Assembly: GCA_951406725.2 (NCBI GenBank)
Contig: OX597825.1
Coordinates: forward strand, 21,886,001 to 21,950,000
Length of the DNA stretch: 64,000 nt
Source of the DNA: Octopus vulgaris
Taxonomy: Eukaryota
Direction: 5' to 3'
Below the pieces are notes generated by a model that saw nothing but the letters and a program-made list of their open reading frames with translations, was not told the DNA's origin and did no database searches. Numbering within the stretch: the first letter of the stretch is position 1; each line of letters opens with the position of its first letter. Positions 42,462 to 54,955 of the stretch are shown piece after piece. Both the position numbers and the translations under genes were made by a program.

Positions 42462-42761
42462 ATGTTTCTTCTCACGCCATGCCCGGCTCATAGGACCGGT
42501 TTCCTGGTTTTCTTGGCGTATAGGTTCCCCACCTGGACAGGACGCCGGTCCGTCGCAAGTGAGCTGCAAGATGCAGGAGGAAAGAGTGAGAGACAGTTGT
42601 GGCGAAAGAGCCAACAGAAGTTCACCATTACTTTCTGCCGGAGCCGAGTGGAACTTAAGTGTTTCGCTCATAAACACACCCATCGCCCGGTCTGAGATTC
42701 GAACCTGCGATTCCTCGACCGCGAGTCCGCTGCTCTAACCACTAGGCCATGTGCCTCCACG
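42462..42761 (-). mobile_element. SINE family A, tail type 2, with a 13-bp TSD
   Basis: Same head as 300-591; flanked by atgaaatctaatg (42449-42461) and atgaagtctaatg (42762-42774). Confidence 0.88.
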
Positions 42762-43177
42762 ATGAAGTCTAATGCTTTCCCATAATAAACTCACAATGTA
42801 ACTTTTCTATGATGAACCAACAATGTAACGTGTGATCGTGTATATTTGTTCTACTTTCAATTATAAGGATGAGAACATGTGGTTATAAATTGATTTTATC
42901 TTTTCGTTGTGCAATTATTGATGGCAGTAGTCCTTCTGTACAAGATGGCGTGGAGAAAATGAATTAGTTTTCAACAACCAACACGTAACGTATCAAGTGT
43001 CATGCGATATATATGATCAACTTTAATTGATTGACTTGTGCTCAAAGTATTTTGGCAAGTTAGTGAGTAACAGAATCAAATGCATTTTGTTTCTATAGTC
43101 AAGGCATAGGGAAACACATTTTTAGGGGAGATTGTCTACTTAAGGCTGAAAACTGTCTGTATTGATCGCAAATTGTT

Positions 43178-43600
43178 GGCCGCGTGGTTAAGAAGGACGG
43201 TTTTGAAACCGCGATGTGTCGAGCTCAGCAACACTGAGCGGTAGCTTATGTGTCATCTACTTTAGCACCGGGTCTACCAATGCCTCCTGAGTGAATATGG
43301 TTGACGGAAACTGTGTGTAAACCCGTGGTATACATATATGGTAACATACGTACGTAATACATACATGCACACAGACACATATGCGTCATACACACATGCA
43401 CATTTGTTCGACTGCCCGCAGCTTAGTATCCGGTGTTGGTATGTTTATGTCCCCGTAACTTAGCCGTTAGGCCCAACAAATACAGGTAAAATAAGTGCCA
43501 GACTTAAAAATGTAATATATTCGATATATTCAATTAAAACCCTTGAACGTCGTGCCCCAGCATAGCTGGAGTCCAATGACTGAAGCACTTAAAATATAAA
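43178..43600 (+). mobile_element. Old diverged SINE family B
   Basis: gacggaaactg, tttatgtccccgtaacttagc and ccccagcatagc..gtccaatgactgaa motifs. Confidence 0.6.
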
Positions 43601-44272
43601 TGAAAGAAGACATTTCAACCTTATGAACCACATCCTCCTCATCTACTCACTAAATTGTTGAATAGACTCCAGTACAGGATTCTTTCAGAGACTTAGTGTA
43701 AATAGATTACATAATGTTTTGTAAGAAATAATCCGGCAGTTATCTGACAACTTAATACTCACTAAAATATACTTCCCTATAAAGCTAAACCTATTTGATA
43801 CGCGGATTTCACTTTTTGTAGTAATTTTAAAATACCCCGTGAATGTCTTTCTGAGAAAGGCCTACGTATGTAGGCGTATTTAAAAAGTTTGACTTCCTAT
43901 GATGTCTTCACAGTTTTCCGTTTTGAGATAATATCTTAGTTGATATATTCTAATGCTTTATTTTCCTTTTGAAATCATATTCATTTCCGTCAGCCATGAT
44001 GCGTAATGTATCGTATGTAAACATTTAAGATCTTCCTAAGAAGGTAATCTTTTGTAATGTATAAAAGCATCCCTCGCGTGGGTGTGTGCAATTATGTGTG
44101 TGCATTAATAAATATATAAATATTGTATGTGATTTTCTGGTACTGCTCTATCAATGTTTAGTTGTAATTCCACTGAGAGACTACCACCAAAAGAAATTGT
44201 GAGAGGAATGGACGTATGTTGTTCATATATGCGGTTTTATATATATATATATATATATAAAGGAAAAAAAAG

Positions 44273-44598
44273 GAGCACTCTGTCGGTTACAACGACGAGG
44301 TGTCTCAGCTGATACGATCCACGGAACAGCCTGCTCGTGAAATTAACGTGCAAGTGACTGAGCAATCCACAAACAGGCGCACCTCTGACGGAGTTCTCAG
44401 GGAGATTCAGCGTGACACAGAGTGTGACAAAGCCGGCCCTTTGAAATATAGGTACAACTCTTTCTTGCCAGCTGAGTGGACTCGAACAACCTGAAATAAA
44501 GTATCTGGTTTAAGGACACAACGCGTTGTCGGGAATCGAACTCATGACCTTACAATCGTGAGACGAATGTCTTAACCACTAAGCCACGCGCCTTCACA
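44273..44598 (-). mobile_element. tRNA-derived SINE (additional family)
   Basis: Minus-strand head gtgaaggcgcgtggcttagtggttaag..gagttcgattccc (A and B boxes). Confidence 0.75.
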
Positions 44599-44607
44599 AT
44601 GAATATA

Positions 44608-44817
44608 CAGTGAATCCTCGCCATATCGCGGTTCACCTGTCACGGTTCCCCCTTCGCACACTTAGTACATCACGAATTTTTCTGGCTAGTATATGTAAAT
44701 TTATATCGGGGACTTCTCAGTGTATTGCGGGATTCTACGGACGATAGGTACACGTATTTTTTTTAGATTTTAATAATTTCTGCGGGAGGTTTTGGAACGT
44801 AAGACGAGGGATTACTG
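44608..44817. mobile_element. Tigger/pogo-like MITE
   Basis: TA-CAGTGAATCCTCG..CGAGGGATTACTG-TA; related to 19230-19451. Confidence 0.78.
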
Positions 44818-44870
44818 TATATATTCTCTCTCTCTCTCCCTCTCTTCCTGTCTATTTGTATCTCTGTTTA

Positions 44871-44907
<37 letters not shown>

Positions 44908-44971
44908 GTATATATACATATATGCTAGGGCGCCTCCTTAAAATGCTCTAGTGGGAGAGATAGAAAGCAAT

Positions 44972-45084
44972 ACTCAGAGTTTCGGATGGCCTGGCTGAAG
45001 TCTGCTCCGGCACCTTATCAGTTATTAAGACAAACTGATGAGATGCCGGAACAGATTTCAGCCCCGGAATCCGATACTCTGAGT
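44972..45084. repeat. 52-bp imperfect inverted repeat; each arm is a hammerhead-like motif
   Basis: Arms 44972-45023 and 45033-45084, 43/52 identical, 9-nt spacer. Confidence 0.85.
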
Positions 45085-45415
45085 TTTATTATGACAAGCA
45101 ACTAATTGTCACATATTATATATATATACATCGTATAAGATGGCTTGCTCAAGAATACAACATACAGCCTGTCCCGAATCGAACTCACTATCTTACGATA
45201 GTAAGCCTGACACTCGAACCGCTGAGTCTTGAGCCTTCTTATACATATATACATGCAAACATACATGCATGCAAACATACATCCATGCAACATACATACA
45301 TGCGTGCAAACATACACGCATAACGACATACATAGATACATGCATAACGACGTACATATATACATGCATAACGACGTACATAGATACATTAATGCATACA
45401 TACATTCATACATAC

Positions 45416-45650
45416 AGGGCCCTGGGATATGTAACACACTGCCTAAATGTCAATCTTAAGAAATTAGGCTTCTCGGGACCCGAAATGAGAAAGCTGATTC
45501 GAATCCAATCCATTACTGGAACCATAAAAATCTGTAAAACTTTCCAGAAGTTTTTTTGTCTAACTATAAATGAACATATCTAGATATACAACTATGTGCA
45601 TGAGAATACATACATAAAACAAAACATCCATCCATCCAACCATCAATAGA

Positions 45651-45684
<34 letters not shown>

Positions 45685-45895
45685 CATACATACATACATA
45701 CATACATACATACGTACGTACTTACGTACATACATACATACATACATACATACATACATACATACATACATACATACATACATTCAAAAATAACCTATTG
45801 ATGTTGTTGAAATTCCAATGAAGGGGCCTTGGATCTAGGTTAGAAACCGGATCTTTATCTATTGGCAAGAAATCTTGAAATAAAACTGAATAATG
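45416..45895 (+). mobile_element. 3' end of an RLE-type non-LTR retrotransposon in a (CATA)n context
   Basis: ALGYV..LKKLGF..LIRIQSITGTIKICKTFQKF C-terminal motif followed by a 3'UTR containing (CATA)n. Confidence 0.65.
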
Positions 45896-46535
45896 GCATA
45901 CATACTAATATTAATATATATAGGCGTATGCATGTATGCACTGCATGTGTGTATGTGAGAGTGTATGTCAGCGGAGCAAGCACACACATACACACACTCA
46001 CACAAACATACACCTACATCCCCACATACATACATACATACATACATACATACATACATACATACGTATATATATATATACATACGTATATATATAAATA
46101 TATATATATATATGTATGTATATATATATATACATATGTACAAGGTCGACAGTTCTCGGTTTGATATGTCGGCGATTACATTTTTATCTTGCACGAGTGC
46201 ATTCTAGCAACATAATATTTTCCAAGCGATTATTCAAATATTGTTTCTTGTAACCATTTTGATTCTTGTTTCGTCTCACCGGAGCCAAAAACCTCGACAA
46301 ATACGACAGTAGGAAACAATAAAAGCAACCAAACAATCAAAATAATTATATCGATCAGTAGACACAGGATATAGAGACATATTGTCTCCAAGAGTAAGTA
46401 TCATTCGTGTTACGTTTTTTGTCGCACGAAAAAGTGGGATAAATAACAAAGGACAGTTTATATTAAAACACACGATTGATTTATTGATTAGTTATTAGTA
46501 GTATAACGTGTGGTTTCTGTTTTTTTTTATTGTAG

Positions 46536-46664
46536 GTATTAATAAGTATATTGAAGAATGTTAGACCAGGACTAAAGGATTCTGTGGAATACCAACCGGA
46601 ATATAAAGAGCTTTTACAATATTGCTGGAATCAGGATCCTCAGAAACGGCCGAAGTTCAAAGAG
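46536..46664 (+). CDS. Protein kinase exon (subdomains X-XI): VLISILKNVRPGLKDSVEYQPEYKELLQYCWNQDPQKRPKFKE
   Basis: Acceptor ttttattgtag, donor gtaaat; CW..DP..RP.F motif; phase 0/0. Confidence 0.93.
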
Positions 46665-46725
46665 GTAAATATTTATAAATACACATTTAGACATTTATAC
46701 GCTCGCACGCACACACACACGCACG

Positions 46726-46791
<66 letters not shown>

Positions 46792-47656
46792 TAAAAAACA
46801 GTTTTATATATTTTATGATTTCGATTAGAACATAGGTACAGGAATAAACACTGGTCATAACCCACAACACTTGTGCTTTATGGTAAAATCTCAGGGAAGT
46901 ACGGAGCGTAACATAAAAAGAGGACTAACTTACATACATACATACATACATACATGCATACATACACACATACATACATACACACATACATACATGCATA
47001 CATACAAACATACATACATACATACACACATACACAGATTCATACGTACATGCATACATACATACATACACACATTCATACATACATACATACCCACATT
47101 CATACATACATACATTCATACATACACACATTCATACATATATACATACATACATTCATACACGCATACATACATGCATACATACATACATACACACATA
47201 CATGCATAGATACATAATACATACACGCATACACAGATTCATACATATATACATACATACATACATACATACATACATACATACATACACACATTTAGAA
47301 CTTAATACAGGTATTTGCTACGGCAAAGTGTCAGGAAAGTCATTTCATATTGTTGGACTGTTTATCCCAACACATTTTTCCTCTTTTATTTTCTTTTTTT
47401 CATTCTCACTCTATTTCTGCCAAAGTGCGTGGGCTCGAAATGTCAAAGACTTTATCATTTTCCCCGAGCGTTAAACTAATGCACCTCCATGTTGAACCCC
47501 GACTTGCCTTCGTCTTTTGTTTTCACTTTACACATAACCATATACATAAATGCACACATGCATATGTATATATATATATATGTGTGTGTGTATGTATGTA
47601 TTATATATATATATGTGTGTGTGTATGTAAGTATCTATCTATATCTCTATATATAC

Positions 47657-47718
<62 letters not shown>

Positions 47719-49168
47719 TGTATGAGTATGTGTATGTGTAATTGTGTGTCTGTATCTTTCCCTCCAACATCTCTCGACAATCGATGCTAGTGTCTTTACG
47801 TCCCGATAATTTGGCAAAGGCGGTGTTCGAGCAGGGCTGCATCAAATAAAGGAATATATAATGATTATATATGTATATATGGTGATTAGACGTGAGGCTG
47901 AGAGTACAGAAGACTAACCGGCGATTGTATATGCCAATAGTTCGTAAAGTGTTCGTCAGAATATAACGCAACCTAATTCTGAAAGACCGAACAACCTCAC
48001 AGATCTGAATTCAAATATTACCTGTTGGGAAGGACATTCGTTGCAGTAATTGTAAATTATCTTTGAAATCTCATTGAAAATAAAACGCCTTCATCATAAG
48101 CCCTGGGTATGGAGAAAAATTTCAATGTTGGATATAAGCTTTCATACAAATGTTAAGTTAGATTCGACCTGTCGGCTGGCTAAATATTTCTATCCGGTTG
48201 ATTTATGCCTTCAGTGTAGTCCACACTAATACAAAAACTGCTCTTATCTCTCATGGACAGTCGTCTTTCACGTTTGATTGAGTCATAATTATACACATTG
48301 CACATAAGATTTTGCTACCCAGAATACATAATGCAGTTAATGCATTCTAAGTGAATCAGAGCTATAATGTATCGTAAAATTAACTCAATATATAGAAAGA
48401 AAATGAATGAGATATGTGCCATAAGAAATGACCTATGCTAAATCGATAACAGGCTTTCATGTCTTTCATATTGGGTCTCATCTATTTCGCAAACATACAG
48501 TCGATAGGTACATACATGTAAGTATAAATGCACATTAACTCGTATCACATCATTAACTCTGTAAAATGTTTATAACTGTGTATAGTTTTCTCGCGAATTT
48601 TTGCCAGTGCACAAATAGGACCAGCCTACAAGGATATGTCAATGAATGAATTAATTTGAACGAATATCAGAGGTAATTGAAGATGAACATAGAAGAAACC
48701 TTTAATGTGTTTTATAATCTTTACGTTGAAGTGCTAAATACATAGTAGAAAGACATGTCTATATTAATATATACTTAAATACACGTATATATTGTTAATA
48801 GAGTGATGTAGCCCAAATGGTGGAGCTCTAGCTGTCAATGTGTAATTTTTTCTTTAGAAATAAATCATTCAATTATTCCTAGCATCTTGTGAATGTAAAC
48901 AGCCTTATGAATGTTTCTCAGAAATATCAGCTTAGAATCGAGAAATGTAAACAGATTTTGACAGGACTAGTATTTGTGTTTTATTGGAAAAATCATTTAC
49001 CGAACTATGCTAATTTGAACGAGTTTCTATGTTAGCCGACAATAATAATGACTAGCATTTCTTGCTGAGAGAATATATTTTAATAACATTTATGGTGTTA
49101 CAAATAATATAGATCTGAAGTTCACAAAGTTTAGCTAATCAAACGGAACCACGTTATTTCGTGCATGA

Positions 49169-49553
49169 AAGGTGGTGAGCTGTCAGAATCATTAGCACGC
49201 CGGGCAGAAGGTTTAGTGGTATTTCGTCTGCCGCTACGCTCTGAGTTCAAATTCTGCCGATGTCGACTTTGCCTTTCATCCTTTCGGAATCGATTAAATA
49301 AGTACCAGTTACGCACTGGGGTCGATATAATCGACTTAATCCGTCTGTACGTCCTTGTTTGTCCCCTCTATGTTTAGCTCCTTGTGGGTAGTAAAGAAAT
49401 AGGTATTTCGTCTGCCACTACATTCTGAGTTCAAATTCCGCCGAGGTCGACTTTGCTTTTCATCCTTTCTGGGTCGATAAATTAAGTACCAGTTGAGTAC
49501 TGGGGTCGATGTAATCGACTATCCTTCGCTCCCAAATTTCAGGCCTTGTGCCT
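49169..49553 (+). mobile_element. SINE family C, composite (full unit plus partial second unit)
   Basis: ggtatttcgtctgcc..ctgagttcaaatt..ctggggtcgat segment occurs twice (49218-49337, 49402-49520). Confidence 0.85.
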
Positions 49554-50072
49554 GAATGATATAACTCTGTTAGAAACATATCTTAGAGATACGATAACTA
49601 ATCAAGTAAAAATAATCCAGACTAAGACAATAAACTTTTAGCTGCAATATTCTTTATGGTTGGATATCTCAAGTTCAATAAATAATTAAGTGGAATTTAT
49701 CTTCAATAATGTAGAATGAATTAGCTTCAGATGTTGTTCTACTCGTTTTCCAATATTACTTGAACCTGACGCCTACTCATTTAATTGTGGAAGAACGAGC
49801 AGCTTCACATGCAATCTCACACTTATTTTAAAATAAATGAAATTGGGAAATTGAAAATCACTCTTGACACCCGTATATTTAGAAATTCATGAATTTCTGA
49901 ATATCCTTCATTACATAATCTAACTTTATTCTCTGTAAACATTTCCATTTACAATAATCTTACAAATAGAATATTATATGAATGATTTCTAGATTAGTGT
50001 ACAACAATTCATATTCCTCTGCTTATAAATGGATTGTTGTACAATCAATATTATTGGGAAGATATAATAAAT

Positions 50073-50320
50073 TTTAAGAAACACACAAAAGCCGTTTGAA
50101 TCACTTCAACATTTAAGTTTAATTTGTCAAAATATTTTCGTCGCTAAAATCCGCGACCTGTTCACTGACAAAAATCCGTGCTGCATCTTGACAAATTAAA
50201 CTTAAATGTTGAAGTGATTCGAACGGCTTTTGTGTGTTTCTTAAATGGCTTACAAACACCTTCCACGCTGCAATTGTTTTCGTTCCAGCACACGATCTCA
50301 GATCAAATCACTTGCTATTA
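50073..50320. mobile_element. Penelope-like pseudo-LTR relic with a partial inverted repeat
   Basis: ~58-bp inverted arms 50073-50130 and 50188-50245 around a hammerhead-type motif; Penelope assignment is an inference. Confidence 0.65.
50123..50172 (-). ncRNA. Type I minimal hammerhead ribozyme candidate with a G3-C8 core
   Basis: TTTGTCA-GTGAACA-G-GTCGC(ggatttta)GCGAC-GAAAATATTT-TGACAAA: 7-bp stem I, 5-bp stem II, palindromic stem III. Confidence 0.65.
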
Positions 50321-51944
50321 TCCGTAATAATAAAGTTTAAAATTGCTATATAGGTCCTGTGGATTTTGAAATGTTTGTAATAATTGTAAGAAATAAAGTC
50401 ATGAATTTTACATAAATTTAATCTATCCCCTAAAATTATGCTTGCAATGGATGCCTTTAGCAGAATCCGTATAACTTATTCCTGCAAGGGTCAGACTGTT
50501 CTCACATACCAGGTAGGTATAATGTCCGAATGATTATAGAATCCTCCATCTTTCGAATTCCATAAGAGGGACTATTATAAAACTGTGATACGTATTTGAA
50601 AATAAAGTAGGGTCTATATCTTTGGGTTCCCAATATGTGATGTCTTTTAATTCACGTTGAGATCTTGTGATACATCTATATTTCAGCCTTGGCCTTTGTC
50701 CAGAATCAGAAAAGTAAGTCCGTATTAAGAGCTGTATGTTATTTTAGAATATGTTTAGTCGAACTGAAACAATGTCAGCCATGGTGTTTTGCGGGTTAAT
50801 GTTGTACAAAACTACTTATTATGAATCAACAATTCGATATACAAGATATTTATAGCGATCTTTACGGTATCATATTAAACCCGTGTGTGTCACAAATATA
50901 CTTAGCTACTACGCTGTTTCGCAGACATATTTGTTTGCCTTCACAATATACTAAAACAAAAAAACAATCTCAGTGTTAATCAAATAGATATTTCTATAAC
51001 TGTCACTCGATGTGGGGAATATATGAAATTAAAATTGGAATAATAGAGACGAATAATAGCATATTAGAAAGTGCACATCTTTCAATTATAATTTTCTATG
51101 GAGTACAATGTGAAATAAAGACATAAGTCACCACTATAATGAAATACGGATGTAGAATCTAAAGCGCCATTGTCGTTAACTGTGTTCATGACATGGTAAT
51201 ACCGGGTTTTCAGTCTCCTATTGCGTATGTGATAACCGAAAGAAAAAAGATAAATCACGTTATTAATATCTAAACTACGTCTTTATTGTTTATATGACAG
51301 CAGGACACCGTCTAATACTAAACATAGTGATCCAAAAAGAAATTGCAAAACCACTTCCAACTGAATATTATACTTCAAAAAGTATGAATGATTAACTGAG
51401 ATATAGAATTTGCCAAACAATAAATTGTTTTTATTTTTTATGCGATGCACTAATATCAACAAGACATAAAGACAAAACCGTGTACTTTATAATCGTGATG
51501 AAAGTCTGTGCATATAATTTAAATCTTTGGCATTTGAATAATTCAGGAATTCGTAGACAAAAGTCATGATATGTATTAGACGTATGTGACAAGATTCGAT
51601 ATATTCCTCCTTTACTAAATATACGGCCCTTCGTAGGTATTGAACTACATTTTAGTGTCCAAGTGCTATGTCTGAAGATCAAGTTGAACCAAAATTCAGC
51701 GCAGAGAAACGAAATATTAATTTTATAAAATTGATTTTAATGAGCAGGAATAGAAATGGAAGGACTTATTTTTAAGAAATCTCAAATCTGATTGGGTATA
51801 TACTTTATCGTTCTCTTTGAGTGATATTTTCGTAAACTATGAATCATGATGAGCTATATTTCCTATCAATCGCCATGATAGATCGTTAGCCACTACACAC
51901 ATTTTTCTCTCTCCTTGTTTCTCTCCTTGTTTTTTTCTGTGTCC

Positions 51945-51980
51945 CTTTCTGTAGAAGAGCGTAGACTCGAAACGTAAAAG
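51945..51980 (+). ncRNA. Degenerate minimal hammerhead-like motif (A6U core)
   Basis: CTTT-CTGTAGA-A-GAG(cgtaga)CTC-GAAACGTA-AAAG. Confidence 0.4.
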
Positions 51981-52188
51981 ACTTTTTCTATTCCTGAGCG
52001 TTATACTAATACATCTCTTTATTGTCCACACCACCTGTCTTCTTCTTTTGTTTTTTTCGTAAAAATCTCCCTATATTTCCTATCACTCTCTTTGAAATAA
52101 CACATCTACATATGTTATCTCTATGACTGACTTCCTAAAAATAAAAAAATCATATTACTTAATTATCTTTGTAAATGTATTATTACAG

Positions 52189-52299
52189 GTTGTGACGAAA
52201 TGCAAGGATATTCTGAATCATTCAAGGAATTACCAAAAGTCAGTTCGTCGTAGACACGAAAGCATGAGAGAAAGCAATACATCTAGCGAAGGTATATAA
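52189..52299 (+). CDS. Probable last coding exon of the kinase: VVTKCKDILNHSRNYQKSVRRRHESMRESNTSSEGI*
   Basis: Acceptor tattattacag; phase 0 continues helix alphaI after RPKFKE; TAA at 52297-52299 (an internal donor at 52292 is also possible). Confidence 0.7.
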   Translation, partial: VVTKCKDILNHSRNYQKSVRRRHESMRESNTSSEGI

Positions 52300-53767
52300 T
52301 GGACACATCCACATTGCTCAACAGTGTAATAATATACGGAATCTACGAATCAAGGAAAAGTATAACGAACAACTTGAAACGAATCTAAAACCCGGTTGGC
52401 TTCTCTCAACATAAATCTCTGATTGTTTTAAATCAAAACTTGATCGATACATTATTTTTGAAAATAATTTCTTTTATAGGAATCAGTTTAATTCTGCAGG
52501 GCAGTAGATATCGAGATGTATATTTCTGCTACTGGTAATTCTTCTAACCCACCTGGGAATCATGGACGCGAACGATTCATTGACCTGATTCACGTTCACA
52601 ATATATTGGTATATTGATTGGAAAGGTGCCGGTGTAAGGTAAATAATCAGGAAATCTATTATTTTAATCAAAGTATCCCTTCGTCTGAGTTTGTGTCTTC
52701 AACAAGAAATGTGTAGTGCTGTGAATTACACCGAGGATGAGTTTGTGTTCGTTGCTCACGAGGATTGTTGAAATGTATACCAGTAATATGCTAAAACCAG
52801 TCAAACGAAGCCTACAATACACGCTGTAAAATTGGCTCTTTGCAGAGATGAAGGCAATTTTTATTGTGCAAAAATAACTATCCCTATTGACCACCGACAT
52901 GAAGGTTTATTATATTTTATATGCATTGCCACTATGTGAACTCATTAAATACTTCATTTATTTACGACACTTATACCCTTGGAAATTATTTTATTGTTAC
53001 AACATCTACAATAGAGAAATATATATTTCCGTTATTTATTCTAACAACGTAAACGGATATATCTACATTTGGTGTCATCATGACATGCATGCCTTTCAAC
53101 ATACAATACTGTTTTGCTTAAAAAGTCTGGTATAGAAAACTAGAACATCAAACAATATAAAATATCCAAGGAATTATGAGAAACAAAAATAAAAAACAAG
53201 AAAAAAAGAGTAAATTGTAATTTAATTTTGTGCTTTAATGAAGAATCATAAAATCATAAACAAATTCCACGTTACGACGTTTCGGGCATTGGACCCTCTT
53301 CGACAAAAGGTAAGGCGAGTGTATAAAGGAATGACTCACTAAATCAATATTACGGTGCTATAGGAACTGAAAAATGTTGATCTGGATAAATTGGCTTTAG
53401 TTTTAAAGTGAAGATATAAATCACGGACAAAGGTTATTATTTTACTATGTGCGAATGGAGTAGAAATACAACGTGTATATATTGAATACTTTTCATATAG
53501 TTATAATATTCATGTTATTGTTACTGCGATCCTGTTAACAATTTGTTTGTGGCATATTGTTTCCAATGATATTCTCATAAATCCCTCGACATTTGTTAAT
53601 GACTCGCCAGATTATGTGAATGATTTTAGAATTCATTAGTTTTCAAACATCTGAACCAAATACTATTTCATTCATAAATACATTTTGTATTATACAATCT
53701 TCATTAATTATTCGTTTGCAATTATGTTATATAACCTATGTTGATAAAAATAAATAAATAATTCAAT

Positions 53768-53828
<61 letters not shown>

Positions 53829-54484
53829 GTATGTATGTATGTATGTATGTATGTATATAAGGTATAAAATGTAAATTGAATCCACGCCGGTTATTATGAT
53901 ATTTATTCCAATTGTTTTTGTTCATATACTTTTATCAATAGTTACAACAAATGAAGTGACATGTGGTCATGGTAGGTTAATATGTGACATGGATATTAGT
54001 ATATGGGTCTTTGGAATTACATCCGAGGACACAAACACTTACCCGGGAAAAATTCACTACGTATGATCCAATAAATGTTATCGGAAGCCGCCAAGTGGGA
54101 AAGTGAAGGTATTACTAAAGCTTTAGTATGCGAGCACATTTGTATCTCTATCTACAGTATGTAATTCTTAAACTAGGTATTCATGTGATGCTAACTACAA
54201 TATATACAGACGTTACTTAACTAGCGTAAGTCATGCATATATAGATGGAAAATGCTCTTCCTCTAAAAGGAAAACTTATCTGTTGCTGCGGTCTTGTGGT
54301 ACGAAGGCCATCCAGTCAAAAAAACTCGTAGTTAATAATTCACGAACACTCGAGAACACGACCTCTGAACTTGTTCCACTTGCCAAAATGTTTGCAAGGC
54401 ACAAAGACACATTAAGAGACACATTCTTGTCCTTAGAACAGGGTTATCACATTATTTTACTGAACCCTCATTTGTTGTTCCCGA

Positions 54485-54890
<406 letters not shown>

Positions 54891-54897
54891 CAATGTG

Positions 54898-54955
<58 letters not shown>

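Noticed and set aside
45810-45866. Three-way-junction-like motif ccaatgaagg..agaaaccggatc..attgg
   Set aside because: Core deviates at essential positions; not supportable as a ribozyme from one copy.
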